From contig JBAZCR010000003.1 in assembly GCA_041654895.1 (NCBI GenBank), positions 5,990 to 69,989 on the forward strand: DNA of 64,000 nt. The letters run 5' to 3'. The notes under the pieces were generated by a model. It had not been told where the DNA came from and did no database searches. It worked only from the letters and a program-made list of their open reading frames with translations. The stretch's first letter is position 1; each line of letters starts with the position of its first letter. Positions 29,342 to 39,830 of this stretch are shown piece by piece. The position numbers and the translations under genes are program-made. The stretch is from Candidatus Pacearchaeota archaeon (GTDB taxonomy: Archaea; Nanobdellota; Nanobdellia; Pacearchaeales; GW2011-AR1).

Positions 29342-31961
29342 AGAAGAAATCAATATTGATGAATTTTGCGATCCTAATATAAATAAAAGTCCTAACATTA
29401 TTGAAGATAAGGGGGTTAGAAATATTAAAAATTTAGATAGGGCAGAATGTGAATCTTCTTTATATTTACAGGATAAAGAAAAAATAAAAAAAGAGATTAA
29501 TGCAAAAGAATTGATTGAAAGTGAAATTAGTCCTGAGATGAGGGAAGCTTATCTTAATTATGCAATGAGTGTTATAGTTGCTAGAGCTCTTCCGAGTGCT
29601 GAAGATGGTTTGAAACCAGTTCATAGAAGAATATTATGGTCTATGCATCAAATGGGCTTATTTCATAATAAACAAACAAAGAAGTCTGGTAGAATTGTTG
29701 GTGATACTATGGGTAAATATCATCCTCATGGTGATGCTGCGATTTATGATGCAATGGTTAGGATGGCTCAATCATTTTCTATGAGGTATCCTTTGGTTTT
29801 AGGTCAGGGTAATTTTGGTTCTATGGATGGAGATAGTGCTGCTGCTTCAAGGTATACTGAGGCTAAAATGGAAAAAATAAGTGATGAATTATTATTAGAT
29901 ATAGATAAAGAGGGTATTGTACCAATGATGAAAAATTATGATAATACAATGGATGAACCTATAGTTCTTCCAGGTAAATTACCTAATCTTCTGTTAAATG
30001 GTGGAAGTGGTATTGCTGTTGGTATGGCTACAAATTTACCTCCACATAATTTGAATAATGTTTGTGATTCTATTTTAACATATATTGAAAATCCAAATTG
30101 TGAAAACAGTGAATTAATAAAGCAAATAAAAGCGCCAGACTTTCCAACAGGTGGAATTGTTAGCGGAGAATTAAAACAAGTTTATGAAACAGGAAAAGGT
30201 AAGTTAATTGTAGAAGGAAAATTAGATATTGAAGAAGAAAAAAAGACAAAAAAACTGAAAATAATTATTAATGAAATTCCTTATCAGGTGAATAAATCAC
30301 TATTAGTTGAACAAATCGCGAATTTAGTAAAAGATAAAAAATTGCCAGACATAAGTGATATAAGAGATGAGTCTAGTAAGGGAAAAGTTAGAGTTGTAAT
30401 TGAATTAAGGAAAAATTCAAATCCTAAATTTACAATAAATAGGCTTTACAAATATACTAATTTAAGAACGAGTTTTAATGTTAATATGTTAGCATTAGTT
30501 GATAGAAAACCTGAATTATTAAGTTTAAGAAGGATTATTCAAGTTTATGTCTCTCACAGACAAAAAGTTATTAGGAAAGCCAAGGAATTTGATTTAGAAA
30601 AAGCAGAAAATAGACTACATATTGTTGAAGGGCTTTTAATAGCACAATCAAATATAGACGAAGTTATAAAATTAATTAGGGCTTCTAAATCTAAAAGTGA
30701 AGCTCAAGATGGGTTAAAAAAGACATATAATCTAAGTGTTAAACAGGTTGATGCAATTCTTGAAATGAGATTAAGTCAGTTAACTTCTTTAGAATATGAT
30801 AAGATTAAAGATGAAGAGAGCAATTTAATTAAATTAATTGAAAAATTAAAAAAAATATTAAATGATGAAAGAGAAATACTGAACTTGATTAAGGAAGATT
30901 TAATTGAATTAAAAGAAAAATATGGAGATAAAAGAAAGACAAAAATTGTTAGTGAGATAAGTGATTTTGATGAAGAAGATTTGATTGATAAAAAAGATGT
31001 TATTGTAACAGTTACTGAAAAAGGTTATATTAAAAGGATAGATGTTAGTGAATATAAAGAACAGCGAAGAGGTGGGAAAGGAGTTATCGGGAGTGGTCTT
31101 ACTGAAGGTGATTTTGTTAGAGAATTATTAACTTGTTCAACACATGATTATTTATTATGTTTTACTAACAAAGGAAAAGTCCATTGGATAAAAGCATATG
31201 AAATTCCAGAAAATTCAAAGAATGCTAAAGGAAAAGCAATTATTAATTTATTGGATTTAAAAGATGAGAGAGTAACTAGAATAATTTCTGTCAAAAATTT
31301 TAAAGATTATTTAATTATGGCTACAAAAAAAGGGATTGTTAAAAGAATTGAGTTGTCTGCATTTAGTTCTCCAAGGAAAGGAGGAATTAAGGCTATTAAA
31401 GTTTTAGAATCAAATGATGTACTAATTGATGTAAGATATATTAAAGAAAATCAAGAAGTTTTACTTGTAACTAGTAATGGTCAAGCAATAAGATTCAGTA
31501 GTAATGAAGTTCGTTCAATGGGTAGAGCAAGTTATGGCGTAACTGGTATTAAATTAAATAAAGGAGATTTTGTAGTAAGCTTAGATGTCTTACCTATAGA
31601 GCAAAAAGAAGATTATTCTATCTTAACAATTACTAAAAAAGGTTATGGAAAGAGGAGTATTATTGATGATTATAGATTGACTGGAAGAGCTTGTAAAGGA
31701 GTCATAAATATGAAATTAAGTGAGAAAACAGGTAATGTAATTAGTTCTACTTGTGTTACAGAAAATGATACAATTATTGTTACAACACATAAGGGAATTG
31801 TTATTAGAATGTCATTAAAAGATATTAGAATTATTGGCAGAGCAACTCAAGGCGTGAAAATAATTAATTTAAGCCAAGGAGATTATGTTAGTGATTTAGT
31901 AAGAGTTCCTGTTGAGGAAGATGAAATAGATTTAAAAGAAGAACAAAGAAAATTATTATAA
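29334..31961 (+). CDS. gyrA: DNA gyrase subunit A
   Basis: YAMSVIVARALP, DGLKPVHRRIL, HPHGDAAIYDAMVRMAQ, active-site AAASRYTEAKM. C-terminal repeats include GRASYGVTGI, GRACKGVINM and GRATQGVKII. About 50-aa N-terminal extension. Confidence 0.97.
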   Translation: MSEEEINIDEFCDPNINKSPNIIEDKGVRNIKNLDRAECESSLYLQDKEKIKKEINAKELIESEISPEMREAYLNYAMSVIVARALPSAEDGLKPVHRRILWSMHQMGLFHNKQTKKSGRIVGDTMGKYHPHGDAAIYDAMVRMAQSFSMRYPLVLGQGNFGSMDGDSAAASRYTEAKMEKISDELLLDIDKEGIVPMMKNYDNTMDEPIVLPGKLPNLLLNGGSGIAVGMATNLPPHNLNNVCDSILTYIENPNCENSELIKQIKAPDFPTGGIVSGELKQVYETGKGKLIVEGKLDIEEEKKTKKLKIIINEIPYQVNKSLLVEQIANLVKDKKLPDISDIRDESSKGKVRVVIELRKNSNPKFTINRLYKYTNLRTSFNVNMLALVDRKPELLSLRRIIQVYVSHRQKVIRKAKEFDLEKAENRLHIVEGLLIAQSNIDEVIKLIRASKSKSEAQDGLKKTYNLSVKQVDAILEMRLSQLTSLEYDKIKDEESNLIKLIEKLKKILNDEREILNLIKEDLIELKEKYGDKRKTKIVSEISDFDEEDLIDKKDVIVTVTEKGYIKRIDVSEYKEQRRGGKGVIGSGLTEGDFVRELLTCSTHDYLLCFTNKGKVHWIKAYEIPENSKNAKGKAIINLLDLKDERVTRIISVKNFKDYLIMATKKGIVKRIELSAFSSPRKGGIKAIKVLESNDVLIDVRYIKENQEVLLVTSNGQAIRFSSNEVRSMGRASYGVTGIKLNKGDFVVSLDVLPIEQKEDYSILTITKKGYGKRSIIDDYRLTGRACKGVINMKLSEKTGNVISSTCVTENDTIIVTTHKGIVIRMSLKDIRIIGRATQGVKIINLSQGDYVSDLVRVPVEEDEIDLKEEQRKLL

Positions 31962-31963
31962 AT

Positions 31964-33169
31964 TTATTTTAAATTTCCGTAACCAATTAATCTCCAATGA
32001 CCATTTATATTTCTTGCAATTCCTATTGGTTTATTTTTTAGAGGCACTATTGGTATTTTTAATTCTAATTCTATTTCATTATCTATTTTTTTTGTTACTC
32101 TTCCTACGGTAATAGAAGTATTTGCACTTAGCATTAATATCTCACTTGTTTTTATATCTTGAATTTCGTGTATTTTTAGATCTTGTTGCATTTTTTTAAA
32201 TAACTGATAATCCATTTTTATTTTATCTACTATTTCAGGTAAACTATTTTTTGTTGAAATTACTGCTCCAGATAGAGAATCTGCTTTAGTTAGTGTTGGA
32301 TCTAATTCTGTTTCAATTGCTATACTTCCACCAGGAAATACTTGATTTAGGTTATAATTTCCTTTATGTAATGAAATTATTTTAGAGTAAATTGTTTTAT
32401 ATTTTAATTCATTATGTTTTTTATAAGAATGACCTGGCTTAATTTCAATTGTATCTCCTACTTTTAGTGAGCCTTGTTTTAATACTCCTCCAAGTATACC
32501 TCCGTGTAATTGTTCAACAGGTGTTCCTGGTTTATTGATATCAAAACTTCTTGCAATATAAAAAATAGGTTTATCTTCTTTGTTGTATTTTGGTATTTGT
32601 AATTTACATAATTCTTCAAATAGATTTTCTAAATTTATTCCTTGTTGAGCGCAGATTGGAATTATGGGTGCATTTTCAGCAATAGTGCCTCTTAAAAACT
32701 CCTTTATTTCTTTATAATTTTCTTTTGCTTGTTCTTTTGTGACTAAATCAATTTTATTTTGAACTATAATTATATTTTCGATATTTTTTGCTTCTAATGC
32801 TGTTAAATGTTCTTGTGTTTGCGGTTTAATTCCCTCATTTGCGGCAATAACTAAAATTGCAGCGTCTATAATTGAAGCGCCTAAAAGCATTGTTGCCATT
32901 AACATTTCATGACCTGGTGCATCAATAAAAGTAATATACCTTTTTGGTTTTCCTTTACTATTTTCATCAATTGTTAGCTTATTGTTTTCTTCTCGAATTA
33001 GTGCATCTGCATAACCTAGTTTAATTGTAATACCTCTTTTTAATTCTTGAGAATGTGTATCTGCCCATTTTCCTGATAATTGTCTTAGGAGAGTTGTTTT
33101 TCCATGATCAATATGACCCACTATTCCGATATTTATTGTTTCTATTTTAGATATATCTATTTGTTCCAT
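31964..33169 (-). CDS. translation initiation factor aIF-2 gamma subunit
   Basis: GTPase motifs GHIDHGKTTL, DAPGHE, NKID; 401 aa; domain II/III-like C-terminus. Confidence 0.92.
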   Translation of the reverse strand: MEQIDISKIETINIGIVGHIDHGKTTLLRQLSGKWADTHSQELKRGITIKLGYADALIREENNKLTIDENSKGKPKRYITFIDAPGHEMLMATMLLGASIIDAAILVIAANEGIKPQTQEHLTALEAKNIENIIIVQNKIDLVTKEQAKENYKEIKEFLRGTIAENAPIIPICAQQGINLENLFEELCKLQIPKYNKEDKPIFYIARSFDINKPGTPVEQLHGGILGGVLKQGSLKVGDTIEIKPGHSYKKHNELKYKTIYSKIISLHKGNYNLNQVFPGGSIAIETELDPTLTKADSLSGAVISTKNSLPEIVDKIKMDYQLFKKMQQDLKIHEIQDIKTSEILMLSANTSITVGRVTKKIDNEIELELKIPIVPLKNKPIGIARNINGHWRLIGYGNLK

Positions 33170-33210
33170 TATTAAAGAATATAAAAAAGAGTTTAAAAGT
33201 TTATTTGAGT

Positions 33211-33627
33211 TTATTCTTGTTTAGGTGCTATTAGTTCTTCAAATTTTTTAAAACCTTCTTTTAAGACTTTTGTATTAATTTGAACTGTGCTTAAAGAAAT
33301 TTCTTTTCCTCTTACTGTCTTTCTAAGTCTAAGTCCTTTTGGATTTTTATTTGTTCTTTGTTTTTTGCCTTCTTTTTTAGGTCTTTTATGCATTCCTCTT
33401 TCATAGCTTAATAAAACTTTATGTAATCTAGGTCCTATAATAGTTGGCAATCCACATAATCCTGCTTTATCAGATGTTCCAGTTATTTTTAGGGTATAAT
33501 CTTTTAATTCTTGTGAAATTAATTCACCTTTTATTTCTTCTTCTATACTTAAGCCTACTAAATCTTCATTTTCACTTTCAACTTTGTATGTTTTTCCCTT
33601 GTGAGATACATTAATTTTAAATGTCAT
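33211..33627 (-). CDS. rps6e: ribosomal protein S6e
   Basis: MTFKINVSHKGKTYKVE...LKITGTSDKAGLCGLP...RLHKVLL matches the S6e pattern; 138 aa. Sits next to aIF2-gamma, as in many archaea. Confidence 0.88.
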   Translation of the reverse strand: MTFKINVSHKGKTYKVESENEDLVGLSIEEEIKGELISQELKDYTLKITGTSDKAGLCGLPTIIGPRLHKVLLSYERGMHKRPKKEGKKQRTNKNPKGLRLRKTVRGKEISLSTVQINTKVLKEGFKKFEELIAPKQE

Positions 33628-33670
33628 AGTTAATTGTTATTTTTTTAATTTAAAAGGTTTTGCTTTTATA

Positions 33671-33955
33671 TTACTCGCACATCCTTTTTATTGTTTCTGA
33701 GACTTTTTCAACTTTAATTCCTTCAAGTGTTAATGCTGTTTTTACATTTATTAATTCTTTTCTAAGACAAGAGCCAATTATTTTATTTTTAACTTTATTA
33801 TTTTTAACTTGTAGATATGATGCCTTTGCAAATCCTAAAATTCCTAAATATTTTAATAAAACTTCTTCAATTTTATCATTTGATTTTTCATTTATTAATA
33901 AATATCTTCTTTTGTCTCTTGCTGAAGGCTTTAGTTTTAGTTGTTTATTCTTCAT
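33671..33955 (-). CDS. RNase P protein component Pop5 (Rnp2)-like
   Basis: LKPSARDKRRYLL near the N-terminus resembles the Pop5 signature (LPPxLRxxxRYI). 94 aa, short for the family. Confidence 0.6.
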   Translation of the reverse strand: MKNKQLKLKPSARDKRRYLLINEKSNDKIEEVLLKYLGILGFAKASYLQVKNNKVKNKIIGSCLRKELINVKTALTLEGIKVEKVSETIKRMCE

Positions 33956-36900
33956 TTTTAGAAATTAAGCTTTTAATTAGGAATATGATTATTATTAAAA
34001 AAATTATTGTAATTATTGAAAAGATAATTATTTTTGGCATATCTTGTTCTTCTTCAATTTTAACTAGATCATCTAAGTAAACAGAATTATTTGTATTTGG
34101 AGTTTCAACATAATTTGTAGGATAGTAAATTTCCTTTAAGTTTATTTTTACTGTTGGGTAAAGTTCTAATAATCTTATTTGTAAATCATAAAAATATGGA
34201 GAATTTAGACTGATTAATTTTGTTTCATTTATTTTTATTTCTACAAGTACTGGCTCACTTTGAATTGTGAAAATAGCACTTGAATTATTCTTTTGATTTA
34301 AATTGATTACATGTTTTTGATTTAAACTATTTTGAAAGTAAATAGAAATATTTTCTTTGATTTCAGTAGTATACCCATTGATTAATTGAGTTGAGTTGAT
34401 TGGTTTTTCAAAGGTTCCATAATAAATAATAGACTTGTTTAATGTTGGCAGATTATTACTTGAACTTTCTTTAGGATTTTTTCCTCCTGATGAAGGTGGA
34501 TTTTCTGGTTCAATTAATTCTTCTAGCGTTTTAAAATTATTACCTTCAATTGTATTACAGTTATTTAAATTATCACAATATATAACGTCAAAAGAATAAG
34601 TAGTATTTGGAATTAAATTTGAAATTTTTATACTATGTATTTTACTAAATGTTGAGTTTTCGATTGAATTTTCTGATCCTACTAAAGTGTAATTTATTTC
34701 TCTTGGAGAGATTAATTTTATTGTTACACTATTTTTTGTTAGTGACTCAAAAGTTATTCTTAAATTCGGAGCTATAGTATAATGGCTTATAGAATAATTT
34801 TTCGAATTAAAAAATCCATTATCATTATATACCATACATCCCCATATAAATTCTCCATCAGATAATAATTCTCTTTCAAAACTTTGTTGAGTTTCAATTA
34901 AATCTAATCCATCTAAATTTCTTAGAGCATCATCAATTAATTCATTTGTTGTTTTATTCCATATATTTAAAGAAATATTTTTTAAATTTGCTCCACTTGA
35001 TGTAGCATTACAAACAAAAGTAATATCTTTTGATCTTGTGGAGTTATTATCTTCTGGGCTTATTAGTATTAAATCTACTTCTGAAAGAATAAATGTGGAA
35101 TTCGTTGTTGCAAAGTTGCAGTTGTCTAAGAAATCACAAACATAAAAATTCCAAGAATAAGTGTCATGACCTGTACTAGTTAAATTTACTAAAATATTCG
35201 CTTGATAGTTTTTCCCCGAAATATCATTTATTGTTTGATTAACTAAATCATCTGTTGAATTCCAAACATATAATGTTAAATTTTTTAAATTTAAATCACT
35301 AAAATTTCCTATAAAATCTACTTCAAAATTACTTATTATTTCATTATCTTTTGGAGAAACTAAAATTATCCTTGGGGGAGTGTTATCAATTGTTATTTTT
35401 TTTGTTTGTGTGTAATTTAGATTGTTTGCATTATCATAAGTAGTTACATTGTAATAATATATCTCTTCTTTCAAATTTGTCCAGTTTATTGATAAAACTT
35501 TTTTGTTGTAATTTGTTGAATTAACTAATTTAGTTTGATTATAAAGATTAAAAGTTATATTTTTAAAATTATTCTCTATTAAACTTATATTTACAAAAAT
35601 CCAGTTTCTTTGAAAAGAAGTATCATTTTCTTCTGTTCCAATTGTAAAATCTATTTGTGGAAAAACTTCGTCTGTTGCCGAATACAAATCAATTCTTTTA
35701 TAATATCTTTCTGAGAAAGAATCATAAATTGATTTTCCTGTATTTATTAGAAGATTGTTTATTTCTATTGGTGTTTTTGTAATTCCCTGACCTGCGAAAT
35801 ACTGATTGATTATTGCAACTGCTCCTGCTACATGTGGTGTGGCCATTGATGTTCCAGAATTTATAGCATAACCTCCATTAATACTAGTAGAAGTTATGCT
35901 TGAACCTGGTGCAACAACCATGTCTAATGTCCAACGATTTGAAAAATCAGAGATAGATTCAGGATTTTTTTTTGTACTTCCAACTTTAATTGTTCTTTGA
36001 ATACAAGCTGGATAAGTGATTTCTGCTAAACCTCCTTCATTTCCTGTTGCAATAACAACACTGATATTTTTATTTATTGCAGTATTTATTGCATTAGTCA
36101 TTGCTGGGTAAGTCCCTAAATTATCACAATATTGGTTAAATAAACTACCACTACCTAAACTCATACTTATTACAGATATATTGAACTTTGTTGCATTTGC
36201 AATACACCATTCAATAGATTTTATTATTGAATTTGAACCTGGGGGAAAACCTCCTGTAGAATTGGATGCTTTCATCATTACTACTTTTGCATCAGGTGCT
36301 ACCCCCTTTATTCCTCCACTTGAAATAGCTATTCCTGCTACATGTGTTCCATGTCCATGTTCGTCTATTGGATCAGAGTCTTCTGTATTACAAACAGTAT
36401 CATCTGCACAAAAATCCCATCCCCCAATTACCTTACATTCAGAATTTGGATCATTCTCTCCATAACATCCACCTAAGTCTGGATGATTATAATTGATTCC
36501 AGAATCTATTATACAAATTGTTTGACCTTTTCCTGTTAAATTCTCCCCATTTATTTTTATTGGCCAAACTGAAGAAGCATTTATTATATTCACAGAATTT
36601 TCTAAGAATAATTTGAATGTTGGCTCAATATAAATTTTCTGTATTTCATCTTTTTTTATTAGAAGGTTTATTTCTTCTTGTGTTAATTCTGCTGAGAATG
36701 AATTACTATAAAGAAAATTATACTTTATATTATCTTGTATTTTTGTTTCCTCAATTAAATTTTCTTTATTAACTTGCTTTTCTGAAGATAATAATCCAAA
36801 AAGTTTTTTTTCAATAATCTTATCATTTAGATTTACAATCACTTTTACTTTTTCTTCACCTTGATTAAACTTTTCTAAAACATCTTCTGAAACTTTTTCT

Positions 36901-36998
36901 TCTTTAGAATTAATTGCTTGAGAAAAACTTAACATTGCTAGAATTAGTATTAATGAAACTAAACTTAATATTAAGATAAATTTATTTTTTTTATTCAT
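33945..36998 (-). CDS. secreted subtilisin-like (S8) serine protease with long C-terminal extension and TM anchor
   Basis: Signal-like N-terminus. Catalytic triad motifs IIDSGINYNHPDLGG, HGHGTHVAGIA and SGTSMATPHVAGAVA. Many NxS/T sequons. C-terminal TM IIIFSIITIIFLIIIIFLI. Confidence 0.88.
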   Translation of the reverse strand: MNKKNKFILILSLVSLILILAMLSFSQAINSKEEKVSEDVLEKFNQGEEKVKVIVNLNDKIIEKKLFGLLSSEKQVNKENLIEETKIQDNIKYNFLYSNSFSAELTQEEINLLIKKDEIQKIYIEPTFKLFLENSVNIINASSVWPIKINGENLTGKGQTICIIDSGINYNHPDLGGCYGENDPNSECKVIGGWDFCADDTVCNTEDSDPIDEHGHGTHVAGIAISSGGIKGVAPDAKVVMMKASNSTGGFPPGSNSIIKSIEWCIANATKFNISVISMSLGSGSLFNQYCDNLGTYPAMTNAINTAINKNISVVIATGNEGGLAEITYPACIQRTIKVGSTKKNPESISDFSNRWTLDMVVAPGSSITSTSINGGYAINSGTSMATPHVAGAVAIINQYFAGQGITKTPIEINNLLINTGKSIYDSFSERYYKRIDLYSATDEVFPQIDFTIGTEENDTSFQRNWIFVNISLIENNFKNITFNLYNQTKLVNSTNYNKKVLSINWTNLKEEIYYYNVTTYDNANNLNYTQTKKITIDNTPPRIILVSPKDNEIISNFEVDFIGNFSDLNLKNLTLYVWNSTDDLVNQTINDISGKNYQANILVNLTSTGHDTYSWNFYVCDFLDNCNFATTNSTFILSEVDLILISPEDNNSTRSKDITFVCNATSSGANLKNISLNIWNKTTNELIDDALRNLDGLDLIETQQSFERELLSDGEFIWGCMVYNDNGFFNSKNYSISHYTIAPNLRITFESLTKNSVTIKLISPREINYTLVGSENSIENSTFSKIHSIKISNLIPNTTYSFDVIYCDNLNNCNTIEGNNFKTLEELIEPENPPSSGGKNPKESSSNNLPTLNKSIIYYGTFEKPINSTQLINGYTTEIKENISIYFQNSLNQKHVINLNQKNNSSAIFTIQSEPVLVEIKINETKLISLNSPYFYDLQIRLLELYPTVKINLKEIYYPTNYVETPNTNNSVYLDDLVKIEEEQDMPKIIIFSIITIIFLIIIIFLIKSLISKNEE

Positions 36999-37093
36999 AC
37001 TTTCTTTTAGTAATATTAAATTATAAGGTTTATGTTTTTTATTTTTTACGATTAATTTAAATACTTCTCGCTTTTATTTTAATTAAGTTAAAG

Positions 37094-38425
37094 ATGGTGA
37101 AAATACATACTGTGGGTGGCTTTTCTGAAGTTGGAAGAAATATGGTTGTTGTAGAATTAGAAGACGATGCTTTTATTTTTGATGAAGGTCTTTTCTTGCC
37201 AGCAATTGTTTCTATGCAAGAGAAAGAAAAAATTATGACTGAAAAAGTTTTAGTAAAAAATGGTGCTATTCCTGATGATTCTGTTATTTCAAATATTCGT
37301 AGTAAAGTAAGAGCGCAATTTATTGGTCATGCTCATTTAGATCATGTTGGAGCAATTCCTTTTATGTCTGATAAATATAATGCTTCGATTTATGGAACAC
37401 CTTTTACAGTTAATGTTTTAAAGAGTCTATTAGATGATAATAAATTAACATTGAAAAATAAAATTTATTCTATAAATCCTAATACATCTTTTTATGTTCG
37501 AGGTAAAAACAAAAAATATAAAATTGATTTTATTAATATTACTCATTCTACTCCTCAAACTGTTATGATTGCAATTCACACTGAAAAAGGTGTAATTTTA
37601 TATGCTAATGACTTTAAAATTGATGATACTCCTGTTTTAGGGTTAAAACCAAATTATAAAGTTTTAAAAGAGATTGCAGAAGAGGGTGTTTTATGTTTTA
37701 TTGTTGATTCTTTATATTCGGGTACTGAAAGAAAAACTCCAAGTGAAAGAATAGCAAGATCATTACTTGAAGAAGTTTTATTGACTATTCAAAATCAAAA
37801 GGATGGAATAATTTTTACAACATTTTCTTCTCATATAGCTAGACTTAAAAGTATTATAGAATTCAGTAAAAAAATTGATAGAGAGATTATTCTTTTAGGT
37901 AGGAGTATGGATAAGTATTCTAAAGCTGCTATTAATTCAAAGATTGCTCCTTTTTTACAAGATGTTAAAATTTCTAAATATAGTAAGCAGGTTGAAAAAA
38001 CTCTTGTTAAGGTAAATAAAAATAAAGAAAGATATATGGTTGTTTGTACAGGCCACCAAGGAGAACCAGGTTCTATTTTAGAAAGATTTAGTAGAAATGA
38101 TTTACCTTTTAGAATAAATCAGGGTGATAATATTATTTTTTCTTCTAGTGTTATTCCAACTCCAATTAATAAAGAGCAATTTAGTAAAATGGAGGTAAGG
38201 TTAAAAAAGAATAAGCCAAGAATTTTTAGAGATGTTCATGTATCTGGTCATGCTGGAAGAGAAGATTTAAGAGATATTTTAAATATTGTTAGACCAAAAC
38301 ATGTTATTCCCTCTCATGGTGGATTTGATAAGACAACTCCTATGATTAGTTTGTTAAAAGAGATGGGATATAAAGAAGGAAAGAATGCTCATTTAATGGA
38401 AAATGGAGGTATTTTAAGATTATGA
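37094..38425 (+). CDS. archaeal RNase J (metallo-beta-lactamase/beta-CASP)
   Basis: FIGHAHLDHVGAIPF MBL motif; beta-CASP-type C-terminal half with HVSGHAGREDL; 443 aa. Confidence 0.85.
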   Translation: MVKIHTVGGFSEVGRNMVVVELEDDAFIFDEGLFLPAIVSMQEKEKIMTEKVLVKNGAIPDDSVISNIRSKVRAQFIGHAHLDHVGAIPFMSDKYNASIYGTPFTVNVLKSLLDDNKLTLKNKIYSINPNTSFYVRGKNKKYKIDFINITHSTPQTVMIAIHTEKGVILYANDFKIDDTPVLGLKPNYKVLKEIAEEGVLCFIVDSLYSGTERKTPSERIARSLLEEVLLTIQNQKDGIIFTTFSSHIARLKSIIEFSKKIDREIILLGRSMDKYSKAAINSKIAPFLQDVKISKYSKQVEKTLVKVNKNKERYMVVCTGHQGEPGSILERFSRNDLPFRINQGDNIIFSSSVIPTPINKEQFSKMEVRLKKNKPRIFRDVHVSGHAGREDLRDILNIVRPKHVIPSHGGFDKTTPMISLLKEMGYKEGKNAHLMENGGILRL

Positions 38426-38808
38426 GTAATGATGAAAGTATTTCTAATTTGAGAAGTAGCGAGGCTGAGGAGATTATTGGTGGTTTGATTAATGCTGTTG
38501 AAAGAGGAGAGAGCTTACAAAATGCAATGCAAACATTTGTTAATGCAGGTTATGATGCTCAATTTTTATTAAAGGTTGCTCAAAGAGCTTATTATGATGG
38601 ACAGATACCAAATTTTGATTCCCCTCAAGATGATAAAAATCATGATAAATCTTCTAATAAAAAAGAAAAGAAAAATAAATTAAAAATATTTGATTTTAAA
38701 GATGACAAACAAAAGAAATTTTATATTATTTTAATGATATTTATTGGAGCAGTTGTTTTGTTTGGGGCACTATTTTTGGGTCTTTTTTGGGATAAATTGT
38801 TTAGATAA
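38422..38808 (+). CDS. tail-anchored hypothetical protein
   Basis: 128 aa. The start overlaps the RNase J stop (ATGA). C-terminal TM FYIILMIFIGAVVLFGALFLGLFW. Confidence 0.4.
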   Translation: MSNDESISNLRSSEAEEIIGGLINAVERGESLQNAMQTFVNAGYDAQFLLKVAQRAYYDGQIPNFDSPQDDKNHDKSSNKKEKKNKLKIFDFKDDKQKKFYIILMIFIGAVVLFGALFLGLFWDKLFR

Positions 38809-38857
38809 GTTACTATTCTGTAGTAACATTTAAAAAGTAGAAAACTCTATTTTATTT

Positions 38858-39175
38858 ATGAAAAAAATATATTCGTTTGTTTTGGTTTTACTTTTATTAG
38901 TTACAAGTGTATTTGCATATTATAATATGTATTCTGGTGATGACTTTGAAAGTGTAGTTGTAAATAATAATATTGATTCTGCAGAAGAAGTTGTTTATCC
39001 AAATGAGAAAGTTGTTTATGTTAATTTAGAAGAATCAAATGATTTAAGGGTTTTTAAAAAAAATGATTCTGATTATTACATTTATGAAGGAAAAATCTTC
39101 GAAGAAGAAAAAATAGTTCGTTGCCATACTAGTGCTCCTGAAAGTAGGCTGTTTTATATTAAATGTCCTAATTAG
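38858..39175 (+). CDS. small secreted hypothetical protein
   Basis: 105 aa; signal-like N-terminus MKKIYSFVLVLLLLVTSVFA. Confidence 0.4.
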   Translation: MKKIYSFVLVLLLLVTSVFAYYNMYSGDDFESVVVNNNIDSAEEVVYPNEKVVYVNLEESNDLRVFKKNDSDYYIYEGKIFEEEKIVRCHTSAPESRLFYIKCPN

Positions 39176-39791
39176 TTTTCTTGATAAATAAATTTGGATA
39201 GACTATGTCGCTCAAACAGCAGGGTATTAAGACTGAAAAAAAGACAATTATTATTGAAATCAAGTAATCTATTAAGGTGTTGATATTGCTAAAACTAATT
39301 AGATAAAATAAGCTTGCAAAAATTGATATAAATACATGGAAAGTGTGTGGTAATTTTGTTTTTTTAACTAGTATACCTAAATTTGCTCCTATTAATGAAG
39401 ATAATAAAACTAAAATCGGTTTTTCAATTAATGGAAAATGTAAGTGAGTTTTTATTCCAAAAATTAAAGTTCCTAAAGTTGGGAGAAATACGTCACTTAG
39501 TGATCCTATGATTATAGAGCCTGTAATTCCAATTAGTATTGCAGATTTAATTGATTTTTTATTATGGTAAAATACAGTTGTTGTTGCAAATGCTGAAAAC
39601 AAAATATGGGCTAGATGTAATGAATCAAAAATATTTTCTGATGAATTATAACTGATGAATTGGCTTAGTATAAATGTAGCAATTAAAGCTAAAATTGTTG
39701 CGACTGCTGTAAATGGTGCATGTTCTTTTAGTTCATTTATAATTTTGTTCATTAATCTTTCTTTTGGATTGTTTTTTTTAAATCTATTCAT
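39168..39791 (-). CDS. polytopic membrane protein (His-containing TM helices; function unknown)
   Basis: 207 aa with about 6 hydrophobic segments and conserved-looking His residues (HAPFTA, SLHLAHILFSAF, THLHFP, PHTFHVF). Confidence 0.5.
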   Translation of the reverse strand: MNRFKKNNPKERLMNKIINELKEHAPFTAVATILALIATFILSQFISYNSSENIFDSLHLAHILFSAFATTTVFYHNKKSIKSAILIGITGSIIIGSLSDVFLPTLGTLIFGIKTHLHFPLIEKPILVLLSSLIGANLGILVKKTKLPHTFHVFISIFASLFYLISFSNINTLIDYLISIIIVFFSVLIPCCLSDIVYPNLFIKKTN

Positions 39792-39830
39792 TATGCTAAA
39801 TTATTTAAATTAGGTTTTTTGTAATCTTAT

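Noticed and set aside
33660-34080. Two plus-strand ORFs (33660-33968 and 33817-34080) opposite pop5 and the protease 3' end.
   Set aside because: Shadow ORFs with low-complexity translations. The minus-strand genes carry recognisable motifs.
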